A stretch of DNA of 64,000 nt, from NCBI GenBank assembly GCA_963717595.1, contig CAVQWH010000001.1, positions 470,266 to 534,265 of the forward strand, written 5' to 3'. The stretch comes from an uncultured Candidatus Saccharibacteria bacterium. Lineage in GTDB: Bacteria; Patescibacteriota; Saccharimonadia; Saccharimonadales; Saccharimonadaceae. Every line of letters begins with the position of its first letter. Position 1 is the first letter of the stretch. Shown piece by piece: positions 48,400 through 57,634 of the stretch. The position numbers and the translations under genes were made by a program. The notes beneath the pieces were generated by a model. The model saw only the letters and a list, made by a program, of their open reading frames with translations, was not told the DNA's origin and did no database searches.

Positions 48400-49193
48400 T
48401 TGACTAGTCCTAACAAAAATCTCGGCCAACACTGGCTTCGCGATCGCGAAACTTTAACTAAAATTGCCAGCTATGCGGAGATTAAGGGCGAAGATATAGT
48501 TTTAGAGGTTGGCTGGGCCTCGGGACTCTAACTAGCGTCTTGTTAAGCCAAGCCAAAAAAGTTTTTGCTGTAGAGTTTGATGAAAACCTAGCAAACAAAC
48601 TTGTCGGCCAATTTCCAGGTAAGAATTTAGAAATTATTACTAGCGACATTTTATCTTTTGACCTTAGAAATCTGCCCGCTGACTACAAAGTGGTTGCCAA
48701 TATTCCTTACTACATTACAAATAAAATCGTCCAGCTATTTATAAGCGCAAAAAATAAGCCTTCCGTGGTAGTTTTACTAGTGCAAAAAGAAGTTGCTCAG
48801 CGCTTGGCCGCAAAGCCTGGTGACATGAGCGTTCTGTCAGTTAGCGCCCAGCTTTTTGCTGAAGTTTCTTTAGGTGAAGTTATCGGCGCCGAATTTTTCT
48901 CTCCTGCGCCTAAAGTTGATAGCCAAGTTGTTATTTTAAAACCCAGGCTTAAACCGCTATTTTCAGATTTAGACGAAAAGCTGTTTTTCAAGCTGGTAAA
49001 GGCCGGCTTCTCAGCCAAACGTAAAAAACTTCGTTCTTCACTTTCAGGTGGACTTCGTATCAGTAAAGAGGACGCAGAAAATCTATTAGAAGAGATCCAA
49101 ATAGATCCCAATAGCCGCGCTGAAATGTTATCATTAACAGAGTGGTATAAACTAACCAAAGCCTATGGCTTAAGAGGATCGCATGATAGCTAA
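48400..49193 (+). CDS. rsmA: 16S rRNA (adenine1518/1519-N6)-dimethyltransferase, split by a -1 frameshift
   Basis: TTG 48400 reads LGQHWLRDRETL...VLEVG. Track ORF 48540..49193 continues the protein. One missing base near 48511-48516 restores EVG.GLGTLT. Confidence 0.8.
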
Positions 49194-49887
49194 AGATCAG
49201 CCAACTATATTTAACGGTCAAATCATTGCAGCAACGTCTTCACGTAAAGAGGGCAATATGAAGTTTGGCCTTAGCGAGTCTGACGAACAAGTTCGCGAGA
49301 ATCGCCGTGAATTTTTTAAGAAAGCTGGCGTAGCTGAAGATCAAGTAACCTTAGTAAGCCTAGACTTAGAAAACAGTGACTACGCCCGTTATCACACGCT
49401 AGATTCTAGTGAAAAGGGCGCTGGCATTACTAAACAGGCTCTTGGAGTAGTCGATGCTTTGGCAACCAACCAACCCGGTCATGCCATGTTCCTGCCGATT
49501 GCAGACTGTATCGGGGCAATCCTTTATGACCCTAAAAGAAAAGTTTTAATGGTCTCACATTTGGGTCGCCACAGTACGGAAATCTATGGTGCTACTAAGA
49601 GTGTAGAATATCTACAAAAAGAATTTGGTTGCGAGCCAAAAGATATTTTAGTTTGGCTAAGCCCAGCCGTCGGCTCGGCTGAATATCCACTTTTTGCGTT
49701 TGAAGGAAGAAGCTTGCACGACGTGAATAAAGAACACTTTTTAAGTGCGGGAATTAAGCCCGGGCATATAGAAATTTCCTCTGCTAATACTGCATCCCAT
49801 GAGCACTATCCTTCGCATAGTCAGCACATCAAAGGCAAGCCAAACAAAAACGGCCGTTTTGCGATTGTAGCCATGATGCCCGAATAA
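49183..49887 (+). CDS. pgeF: YfiH/PgeF laccase-domain protein
   Basis: IADCIGAILYD ... VSHLGRHS pattern of the DUF152 family. Confidence 0.7.
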   Translation: MIAKDQPTIFNGQIIAATSSRKEGNMKFGLSESDEQVRENRREFFKKAGVAEDQVTLVSLDLENSDYARYHTLDSSEKGAGITKQALGVVDALATNQPGHAMFLPIADCIGAILYDPKRKVLMVSHLGRHSTEIYGATKSVEYLQKEFGCEPKDILVWLSPAVGSAEYPLFAFEGRSLHDVNKEHFLSAGIKPGHIEISSANTASHEHYPSHSQHIKGKPNKNGRFAIVAMMPE

Positions 49888-49906
49888 GTTTGATAAACTA
49901 GAAAAG

Positions 49907-51382
49907 ATGACAAAAAAGCTCTACATCACCACGGCGATTCCTTATGCAACTGCTAAACCGCACATAGGTAACGCGCTTGATTATCTGTATGCTGACATCT
50001 GGGCGCGCTATCAGCGCCAGAATGGCAAAGAGGTTTTATTTCAAGTTGGCACTGATGAACACGGTAATAAAATAGCTGCCAAAGCCGAAGAACAAAAAAT
50101 GACACCGCAAGCTTACGTAGATAGCATGAGTGGCTACTTTGAAAAACTAATGCGGGAGCTTAACGTCAACTACACCAACTTCATCCGTACTTCCAGTCCT
50201 GGCCACAAAAAAGCCGTTCAAGAAATCTGGCAAAAACTTACGCCTTACATTTACAAAGGTAAATACGAAGGCTGGTACTGCGTAGGCTGTGAAGCTTTCG
50301 TTACAGACAAAGAAGCCGCGGCCAATAACGGCATTTGCCCCGATCATAATCAACAATACCAGAGATTAAGCGAAGAAAACTACTATTTTAAATTGAGCGA
50401 GTTCGGGTTAAAAATCAAAGAAGCGATTGAGAAGCATAAATTGATAATTACACCGGAGTTTCGCCAAAAGGAAATCCTAAAATTAATTGAAGGTGGCTTG
50501 GAAGACGTCAGTGTATCCCGGCCTAAAAAGCACCTAAGCTGGGGAGTGCCGGTACCAGGTGACTCGAGCCAGGTGATTTATGTATGGATAGATGCGTTGC
50601 CTAATTATTTGACGGTCTTAGGCTATCCGAGCGATGAAAAATGGAAAGAATATTGGCCAGCTGACGTGCAGGTGATTGGCAAAGATATTTTGCGCTTCCA
50701 CGGCGCAATTTGGCCTGCCATGTTGATCGGTCTAGGTTTGTCGCTACCTAAGAAATTGTTGGTTCATGGCCACATCAGCTCCGGAGGAGTAAAGATGAGC
50801 AAAACGGTCGGAAACGTAGTAGATCCGCATGAGATTATTAGCGCCTATGGGGCAGATGCGTTCAGGTATTTTTTCGCGCGCCATATTCCAACTTTAGACG
50901 ATGGTGATTTCACTTGGGAAAAATTTGAAAATTCTTACAACAACGAACTTGGCAATGAGCTCGGTAACTTAGTGCAGCGCGTGTCTGGCATGATAACCCG
51001 CTATCAAGATGGTGTAATCGGTGACTTGCCACAGCCAGAACACGACATTCAAGCTTACCGGGACGCTATGAATCAGCTGACATTTAACAAAGCTTTCGAT
51101 GAAGTTTGGAATAAAGTCCGCTCGCTCAATAGCTACTTAGAAGAAGTAAAACCTTGGGAAATTGCAGGGCAGCGCCAAAAAGATCCTGACGCTGAAAGCC
51201 ACTTAGCTGAAGTTTTAGCTTATTCCGTGGGTAGCCTTTTGCAGATTGCCGATCTTAGCTTGCCATTTATGCCGTCAACTTCACAAGCGATTCGTAGCAT
51301 CTTTGAAACAGGCGTTATCAAAAATACCGGACACGTTCTTTTCCCACGGATTTATAACCATACACCAGCGCCAAAACACTAA
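49907..51382 (+). CDS. metG: methionine--tRNA ligase
   Basis: HIGN (KPHIGNALDY) and KMSKT motifs; CxxC zinc knuckle. Confidence 0.9.
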   Translation: MTKKLYITTAIPYATAKPHIGNALDYLYADIWARYQRQNGKEVLFQVGTDEHGNKIAAKAEEQKMTPQAYVDSMSGYFEKLMRELNVNYTNFIRTSSPGHKKAVQEIWQKLTPYIYKGKYEGWYCVGCEAFVTDKEAAANNGICPDHNQQYQRLSEENYYFKLSEFGLKIKEAIEKHKLIITPEFRQKEILKLIEGGLEDVSVSRPKKHLSWGVPVPGDSSQVIYVWIDALPNYLTVLGYPSDEKWKEYWPADVQVIGKDILRFHGAIWPAMLIGLGLSLPKKLLVHGHISSGGVKMSKTVGNVVDPHEIISAYGADAFRYFFARHIPTLDDGDFTWEKFENSYNNELGNELGNLVQRVSGMITRYQDGVIGDLPQPEHDIQAYRDAMNQLTFNKAFDEVWNKVRSLNSYLEEVKPWEIAGQRQKDPDAESHLAEVLAYSVGSLLQIADLSLPFMPSTSQAIRSIFETGVIKNTGHVLFPRIYNHTPAPKH

Positions 51383-52230
51383 TGCAGTTTATTGATACTC
51401 ACTGCCACATTCATCAAAGCGACTACAAGCTTGATAGGGAAGAGGTTTACCGCGCCGCCCAAGAAGCTGGCGTTACTAAAATGATTTGTGTTGGCACAGA
51501 CCTTGAAAGCTCTCGAGAGGCTATTGAATTTAGCGCTAAGCATAAAGGTGCTTATCCGACAGTTGGCTTGCACCCCCATGAAGCTAAAAACGGCATAGAT
51601 GGTCTTGAAGAACTTATTTTAAATGAAGCGGGTCCTGTCGCACCGGTATCCTCAAAAACCTCTCATGCTAAAGCGGAGCAGGTTTTTGAGGAGCCCCTCC
51701 GGATGCGTCACCCGCTTAAGTCTAGAGTAGTGGCAATCGGTGAGTGTGGGCTTGATTATTTTTATGAACACAGCCCAAGAGAGGCGCAAATAGAAGTTTT
51801 TAACCAGCAAATTGAACTGGCTGTAAAGAACGATTTACCGCTGATTTTCCACGTTCGCGAAGCACTAGATGATTTTTGGCCGATATTTGATAATTTTCAT
51901 GGTCTAAAAGGGGTTTTGCATAGTTTTACCGGCAGCCAGAAAGAAATGGAAAAAGCCTTGAGTCGAGATTTGCTAATTGGCGTTAATGGCATCAGTACTT
52001 TCACTAAACAGCCTGAGCAGCAGCAAATGTTTGCTAACATTCCACTTGAAAATTTGCTCATAGAAACAGATGCCCCATTTTTGACGCCCACCCCTCATCG
52101 TGGTAAAATAAATACACCAGCTTATGTGGTGTTGGTTGCTCAGCACATAGCCAAACTCAAGCAAATTAGTTTGGAAAAAATTGCGAGTGTTACTAGCGAA
52201 AATGCTACCAGGTTGTTTAAATTGTCTTAA
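51382..52230 (+). CDS. tatD: TatD-family metal-dependent hydrolase with a lineage-specific insertion
   Basis: IDTHCHI, AIGECGLDY, HVREA, ETDAPFLTP motifs. An extra segment of about 32 aa lies between LILNE and RVVAIGECG. Confidence 0.85.
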   Translation: MQFIDTHCHIHQSDYKLDREEVYRAAQEAGVTKMICVGTDLESSREAIEFSAKHKGAYPTVGLHPHEAKNGIDGLEELILNEAGPVAPVSSKTSHAKAEQVFEEPLRMRHPLKSRVVAIGECGLDYFYEHSPREAQIEVFNQQIELAVKNDLPLIFHVREALDDFWPIFDNFHGLKGVLHSFTGSQKEMEKALSRDLLIGVNGISTFTKQPEQQQMFANIPLENLLIETDAPFLTPTPHRGKINTPAYVVLVAQHIAKLKQISLEKIASVTSENATRLFKLS

Positions 52231-52251
52231 TAAAATTAACAGGGAAGTGTA

Positions 52252-52491
52252 ATGCCAGGAATTTCTGAACTAGATAGAAATGAAATTTATCCTACAGATG
52301 GCGAGTCGCAGGCTAGCCAGCCTGAGGTTTCTCATGCCGACACTATGCCCGAAGACCCTAATCATAGCCCTAACGAAACGCTTTATTACACCAACGAAGG
52401 TCCGGTAAATCCTGAGCAACTGCGCGCAGTTATCGCACAGACAGGCCTTAATATCGTAGCCGTGCGTCGCGCCCAGGTTTATCCAAGATAA
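52252..52491 (+). CDS. hypothetical protein (79 aa)
   Basis: The ORF has a plausible RBS (aacagggaagtgtaATG). No motif was recognised. Confidence 0.35.
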   Translation: MPGISELDRNEIYPTDGESQASQPEVSHADTMPEDPNHSPNETLYYTNEGPVNPEQLRAVIAQTGLNIVAVRRAQVYPR

Positions 52492-52513
52492 CTAATTTTA
52501 AAGGAGTAGTTTT

Positions 52514-52951
52514 GTGTCTAGCTTATTAAAGACGGCTTTAAAACTTGTAGTAGGCGCAAAGCCTAACGCCAAGCGCCCACTCAGTACGCTAAGCGAAAAG
52601 CAGCTTGTTAAACTTGAGGCTGTTATTGGCGCTCAGCTTTTTGGTGCAGTACCGGGCGGCGTGCGGCGTGAGTTTTTCTGCCAAGACGCAAAAACTTGGA
52701 TTTGGTACGAGCAATCTCCTCAAAATGGTAAAGGCCAGGCGCTGACTACTGAATATCACGTAGAGCCGCAAGGAGTTTTGAAAGTCCAAAACGGCAAAAA
52801 GATTGGTTACATCGAAGGAGAAGAGTTGGAAAACCTAGCTCTTGCTACGCGTATGTACTACGAGCGCGTGATGCGTGAACTCTACAAGCGCGACCCCCGC
52901 ACAGGACAGCTTTTAACTGCTAAGCCTGATATAATAGAACCCACGTTATGA
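52514..52951 (+). CDS. hypothetical protein (145 aa)
   Basis: GTG start after aaggag. Overlaps the next gene by 4 nt. Confidence 0.4.
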   Translation: MSSLLKTALKLVVGAKPNAKRPLSTLSEKQLVKLEAVIGAQLFGAVPGGVRREFFCQDAKTWIWYEQSPQNGKGQALTTEYHVEPQGVLKVQNGKKIGYIEGEELENLALATRMYYERVMRELYKRDPRTGQLLTAKPDIIEPTL

Positions 52952-54099
52952 GTTTGTCTGACATCTATTTTGACTATGCTGCTGCCACCCCGCTTGATGA
53001 GCGGGTGTTTGCTGCTATGGAGCCGTACCTAAAAAACAAATTCTACAATCCTTCCAGCGCCTATTTACCAGCTAGGCAAATTAAGCAAGATTTTGAAGAA
53101 GCAAAATCAAAGCTAGCTGCTCAGCTCGGCGCTAAGCCTAGTGAAATTATCATTACAGCCGGTGCGACCGAATCAATCAACATCGCCATTTCTGGAGCTC
53201 TAAAAAATGGTGGCCACGTAGTTACGTCTTCCATTGAACATTCGGCGGTTTTAGAAGTGGTAAAACAGTATCCGCATACTTTAGTTAAACCTAATGAAAA
53301 GGGTATTGTTTCGGCTGAAGATATTATAAGAGCCATAAAACCGGAAACTACTTTAGTAAGCTTGGGTTTGGCAAATAGCGAGCTTGGTACTTTACAGCCA
53401 GTTCGCGAAGTTGCAAACCAATTAAAGCTGCTAAAACAAGAGCGTCTACAAGAAGGCAACAAAACACCGCTATACTTACACACTGACGCTTCGCAAGCTG
53501 CAAGTTATGTTGACTTGAAAGTTTCGCGCCTTGGCGTGGACATGCTCACGCTAAATGCCGGTAAAATTTATGGCAAGCAAGTTGGTTTGCTTTGGCGTTC
53601 TAGCTTTGTAAAGTTAGAGCCGATTTTATTTGGTGGCGGGCAAGAGCTAGATTTGCGTCCCGGCACAGAAAACGTGGCCGGAGCTATCGGGCTAGCTGAA
53701 GCTTTAGAATTATCTGACAAAAATCGTCATAAAACGAACGAAAAGATTCGCAAACTGCGCGATAAGTTGGCCAGTGAACTGAGCAGTGCATTTCCTGATA
53801 TGGTAGTTTCAGGTTCTAAGAAACACCAGCTACCAAACTATCTTCATGTAGCCTGGCCTGGCGTAGATGCCGAACGGCTGGTTTTTAACTTAGAAAACCG
53901 TGGTGTATTAGTGGCTACTGGTGCAGCGTGCGCTGCTAACAAAAACACCGGCTCACACGTTTTAAAAGAAATTGGCTTTAAACCTGAGCTAGCTGACGGA
54001 AGTCTGCGCTTGACACTAGGCCGCCATACGACGGAAAATGATATCTCACGTGGCACTAAGGAAATTGTCGCTGCAGTAAAAGAGGAGCTAAAAGTATGA
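52948..54099 (+). CDS. cysteine desulfurase (class V aminotransferase, NifS/IscS-like)
   Basis: PLP-Lys context NAGKIYG and catalytic Cys loop ATGAACAANK. Confidence 0.85.
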   Translation: MSLSDIYFDYAAATPLDERVFAAMEPYLKNKFYNPSSAYLPARQIKQDFEEAKSKLAAQLGAKPSEIIITAGATESINIAISGALKNGGHVVTSSIEHSAVLEVVKQYPHTLVKPNEKGIVSAEDIIRAIKPETTLVSLGLANSELGTLQPVREVANQLKLLKQERLQEGNKTPLYLHTDASQAASYVDLKVSRLGVDMLTLNAGKIYGKQVGLLWRSSFVKLEPILFGGGQELDLRPGTENVAGAIGLAEALELSDKNRHKTNEKIRKLRDKLASELSSAFPDMVVSGSKKHQLPNYLHVAWPGVDAERLVFNLENRGVLVATGAACAANKNTGSHVLKEIGFKPELADGSLRLTLGRHTTENDISRGTKEIVAAVKEELKV

Positions 54100-54719
54100 A
54101 CATAAAATGGATCGGCCTAAGCGTTCTAATCACAGTTTTACTGCTGGTGTTGGCGTTGCCATACTACTTGTCTCCTGATGATTTAGCGGGCTGTGATGCG
54201 CGTCCAAGCACTTCTTCCAGCGAAATTAAAGCCAAGTGTAAGCCGGCCGGTGCTATTGTGGCAGTTAGCGGCGGCGACACTTCAGCCCGAGCTGGTGAAG
54301 CTATCAAACTTTATAAAAACGGTTGGGCACCGATGCTGATTTTCTCCGGTGCAGCTCAAGACAAATCTGGTCCTAGCAACGCCAGCGCTATGCGTTCTCA
54401 GGCTGAGGCGGACGGTGTGCCGGCTAAAAACATAGCGATTGATGAATACTCCAATACCACTGCTCAAAACGCTGAAAGAACTAAAACCATTTTTGAGAAA
54501 CTTGGCATAAAGAAGATTATTTTAGTAACTTCGGCCTACCACCAGCGCCGCGCTAGCTTGGAATTTAACAAGCGGGCTGGCGACCAAGTGAAGGTTATCA
54601 ACCACCCAGTTGCACACGACAAGCAATGGACTAGCACCTGGTATCTCACACCGATCGGCTGGTGGCTTAGTTTGGGCGAATTAGTAAAAATAATCAGTTT
54701 CTACGTCGGGTTCGGTTAA
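54096..54719 (+). CDS. DUF218 (YdcF/ElyC/SanA-like) protein
   Basis: N-terminal TM helix. IVAVSGGD ... ILVTSAYHQRRA pattern. Confidence 0.65.
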   Translation: MNIKWIGLSVLITVLLLVLALPYYLSPDDLAGCDARPSTSSSEIKAKCKPAGAIVAVSGGDTSARAGEAIKLYKNGWAPMLIFSGAAQDKSGPSNASAMRSQAEADGVPAKNIAIDEYSNTTAQNAERTKTIFEKLGIKKIILVTSAYHQRRASLEFNKRAGDQVKVINHPVAHDKQWTSTWYLTPIGWWLSLGELVKIISFYVGFG

Positions 54720-55748
54720 ATGACAAAAGTGTACGTTGGCATGAGCGGCGGTGTGGACAGCTCTCTTACCGCGGCTTTGCTAAAAGAACAAGGCTTTGAA
54801 GTAACTGGTGTCTACATGAAAAACTGGACGCAGGATCTGCCCGGTATGAAATGCCCGTGGGCAGATGATCTGGCCGATGCCAAGCGTGTAGCCGTGCAGC
54901 TGGGCATTCCGTTCAAAGTTTACGACTTTGAAAAAGACTATCGACACAAAGTAGTAGACTACATGGTGGCAGAATATAAAGCTGGCCGCACGCCCAACCC
55001 AGACATCATGTGCAACCAAGAAGTGAAGTTTAAGCTATTTTTAGAAACTGCTCTGGAAGACGGCGCCGATTTAATCGCCACCGGCCATTATTCGCGCGTA
55101 AAAGACGGCCAGCTTTGGGCTGGTGTAGATAAAAACAAAGACCAGTCTTACTTTCTTTACCGTGTGACTGAAAAAGCTTTACAAAAAACTTTAATGCCCA
55201 TCGGCGAGCTAGAAAAGACAGAGGTTAGAAAACTAGCTGCGAAACTAGGCCTTGTAACGGCGGATAAAAAAGACAGCCAGGGCATTTGCTTCGTAGGCAA
55301 AGTTGGCATAAAAGACTTTTTGCTTAACGAGCTTGGCCCACAGTCAATTGGGCCGATTATTGATCAAAACAGTAAAGAAATCGGCCAGCATGACGGCGCA
55401 ATTTTCTACACCATTGGCCAGCGCCACGGCCTTAACGTCGGTGGCGGTTTGCCATATTACGTCACTAAAAAAGACATCAAAACCAACACGGTTTATGTAA
55501 CGATCGACTTGAACGACGAAAATCTGTGGGCTAAAGAGCTGAATTTAGAAGATTTGCACTGGATAAATGAGAAGCCGGGTGAGGGCAAAAAATACCAAGC
55601 CCGCCTGCGCTACCGCGGCCCGCTGGTGCCGTGCAAAATTAGCGGCAGCCAGCTTACGTTAGAGCAAGAACAGCGCGGCATCGCCGCCGGCCAATCAGCC
55701 GTGATTTACAATGGCGACAAAGTCCTCGGCGGCGGAATAATTAGCTAG
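54720..55748 (+). CDS. mnmA: tRNA-specific 2-thiouridylase
   Basis: PP-loop GMSGGVDSS, ATGHY, GICFVG motifs. Confidence 0.9.
   Translation: MTKVYVGMSGGVDSSLTAALLKEQGFEVTGVYMKNWTQDLPGMKCPWADDLADAKRVAVQLGIPFKVYDFEKDYRHKVVDYMVAEYKAGRTPNPDIMCNQEVKFKLFLETALEDGADLIATGHYSRVKDGQLWAGVDKNKDQSYFLYRVTEKALQKTLMPIGELEKTEVRKLAAKLGLVTADKKDSQGICFVGKVGIKDFLLNELGPQSIGPIIDQNSKEIGQHDGAIFYTIGQRHGLNVGGGLPYYVTKKDIKTNTVYVTIDLNDENLWAKELNLEDLHWINEKPGEGKKYQARLRYRGPLVPCKISGSQLTLEQEQRGIAAGQSAVIYNGDKVLGGGIIS
55550..55748 (+). repeat. direct repeat copy 1 (functional mnmA 3' end)
   Basis: 199 bp, collinear with 57321-57519. Roughly 25 mismatches by eye and no indels. Confidence 0.85.
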
Positions 55749-55778
55749 TGATACAATGTAAGTAATAGGAGATGATTT

Positions 55779-56111
55779 GTGAAATTAGTAATTATCCTCG
55801 GTGTCATATTTGTATTATGGGAAGGCTTTATAACACACTTATTTCCAGCTCATAGTCGAGAGCATTATGAAAAGGCAGCGCAAAAATGGTCAACTGGTCT
55901 TCCACTAGCTTTGATTGGCTGGATGGATATGCTAAGTATGTTTGGGCTAGCTGTAGTTTGCATAGCTAGTTTTTTTGTTATGTCTGTAATCCAGGCTCTT
56001 ATATTCTGCGGAGTCATAATTATTATTCTTTTATTTAACCCTGCAGTTCTAAAAAGCAGAAAACAATACACTAATACACTGAAAGCTGCTAAAGAAAGAC
56101 ATAAAAAATAA
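55779..56111 (+). CDS. small membrane protein (110 aa)
   Basis: GTG start after taggagatgatt; 3 TM helices. Confidence 0.4.
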   Translation: MKLVIILGVIFVLWEGFITHLFPAHSREHYEKAAQKWSTGLPLALIGWMDMLSMFGLAVVCIASFFVMSVIQALIFCGVIIIILLFNPAVLKSRKQYTNTLKAAKERHKK

Positions 56112-56210
56112 ACCTTTTCCTAACCCATTCTTATATATAAGTTATTGACAGCACGGCTACTACCTAAGTTGTTCTGTATGTTAGAGTAGTTTTGTAGCTA
56201 AGGTTATGAG

Positions 56211-56819
56211 ATGAAGAATACTATACACCTGTCAAATAAAGTAGGGATAATTTTAGTTGTAGCACTAGTCTTATTTTTTGCTAGTTTACTACTTTATATA
56301 AAGTTTTATTCAAAACCTCATACCGAAATTTATATACCAAATGTAGTTGGAGAAGAGTTAACCCAAGACCCTAAACTTGTATCTGATGCAAAACAACTTG
56401 GTATAGACTACTCACCTATTAACTGGGAGTTCGTAGAAAGTATACCCAACACTAACTACGATGATATAACCCCAGGGACTGCTATAATAGGCGGTTTTAC
56501 CGCTCCCAACTCCATACAAGTAAAATCTGGTATGGGTAAGCAGCAGGAGCTGCAAACAGTCGCTTACGAATACTTACACTATAAGTGGACTCAATATACC
56601 CCTAACCAGAAAGCTAAGTTAGAAAACCTACTGCAGAGGTTCTACGATAATAAGCTCTATTTTAGAGAGGCGACTAAAGCAATCACCGGAAGTGCTGATG
56701 TTTTAGGAGATGAACGCAACTCAATGGCTTGTACAGTAATCCAACCATATTTGCTAACCCAAGCTTTTAACGACTACTGTGATAGTCTTATTCCAAACCG
56801 CACCATTTTATTTCCTTAA
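56211..56819 (+). CDS. membrane-anchored hypothetical protein (202 aa)
   Basis: One N-terminal TM helix. No motif was recognised. Confidence 0.4.
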   Translation: MKNTIHLSNKVGIILVVALVLFFASLLLYIKFYSKPHTEIYIPNVVGEELTQDPKLVSDAKQLGIDYSPINWEFVESIPNTNYDDITPGTAIIGGFTAPNSIQVKSGMGKQQELQTVAYEYLHYKWTQYTPNQKAKLENLLQRFYDNKLYFREATKAITGSADVLGDERNSMACTVIQPYLLTQAFNDYCDSLIPNRTILFP

Positions 56820-56870
56820 TTTGGGTAAATAATTTTCCCCACCTGCCACACATACATGTTTGGCATTGAA

Positions 56871-56894
56871 ATGTTATAGCTTTTGCTATAACAT
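56871..56894. promoter_or_regulatory. perfect 10-bp palindrome (candidate operator)
   Basis: atgttatagc-tttt-gctataacat, immediately upstream of ATG 56905. Confidence 0.35.
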
Positions 56895-56904
56895 AAATAT
56901 AAGT

Positions 56905-57072
56905 ATGAGCAATAATCACCCTAGGCATTTACGTCCTACTCCAGCACATAAAAGTGTTCGCAGGAGCACGCCGACAGCTCTCTCTTCTTCCCAAAAAAAG
57001 AGAGCTAATCAAGCTGCAAAGAAAATTGTAAACCAATACGGAAAGACCCTTAAACTATTAGCGCAGCGATAA
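56905..57072 (+). CDS. small basic protein, candidate antitoxin of the adjacent Doc remnant
   Basis: 55 aa. Its stop lies 1 nt before the ATG of the Doc-like gene. Track ORF 56860 starts inside the palindrome, so ATG 56905 is preferred. Confidence 0.3.
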   Translation: MSNNHPRHLRPTPAHKSVRRSTPTALSSSQKKRANQAAKKIVNQYGKTLKLLAQR

Positions 57073-57073
57073 A

Positions 57074-57341
57074 ATGTTTCGACCTTAACGAAGCTGAGTA
57101 TTTAGTTCATAGAATTGCAAAAGAAACCTTTGAAAAGAAGCTTGGCTTTAAAGAGCCGATGCCAGACTTTAAAAATCGCTATAAAGGAAGACTTGAAAGC
57201 TGTCTAAAGCAACCTTTAGTAAGGTTTGATGGAAAATACCTATATAGAGGGCTTGCCAAAAAAGGCGTAGCACTCTTTTACTTTTGCTCAAAAGACCATC
57301 CTTTTGAAAACGGTAATAAAAGATTTGCAGTGGGTAAATGA
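57074..57341 (+). pseudogene. doc: Doc/Fic-family toxin gene remnant, 3'-truncated at the Fic motif and out of frame with its ATG
   Basis: The frame reads FDLNEAEYLVHRIAKETF...CLKQPLVRFDGKYLY...HPFENGNKRFA, then runs into the mnmA-derived repeat. ATG 57074 is 1 nt out of frame at a T3 run. Confidence 0.65.
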
Positions 57342-57519
57342 GAAGCCAAGCGAAGGCAAAAAATACCAAGCCCGCCTGCGCTACCGCGGTCCGCTGGTGC
57401 CGTGCAAAATCAGTGGCAATCAGCTCACGCTAGAGCAAGAACAGCGCGGCATCGCCGCCGGCCAATCAGCTGTTATTTACGATGGAGACAAAGTTCTTGG
57501 CGGCGGAGTAGTAACCTAG
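57321..57519 (+). pseudogene. displaced, diverged copy of the mnmA 3' end (direct repeat copy 2)
   Basis: Encodes DLQWVNEKPSEGKKYQARLRYRGPLVPCKISGNQLTLEQEQRGIAAGQSAVIYDGDKVLGGGVVT. mnmA encodes DLHWINEKPGEGKKYQARLRYRGPLVPCKISGSQLTLEQEQRGIAAGQSAVIYNGDKVLGGGIIS. Confidence 0.85.
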
Positions 57520-57634
57520 ACTTAGTAGTAAAAAGTGTTATAATAAATCTAATTCTTGTCTGTATGGACAAGTCCGCCGTGAGGTGAAGGAGGTTCAACA
57601 GCTCACCTGTTGACGCACATAGGAGGTTGGCCGT

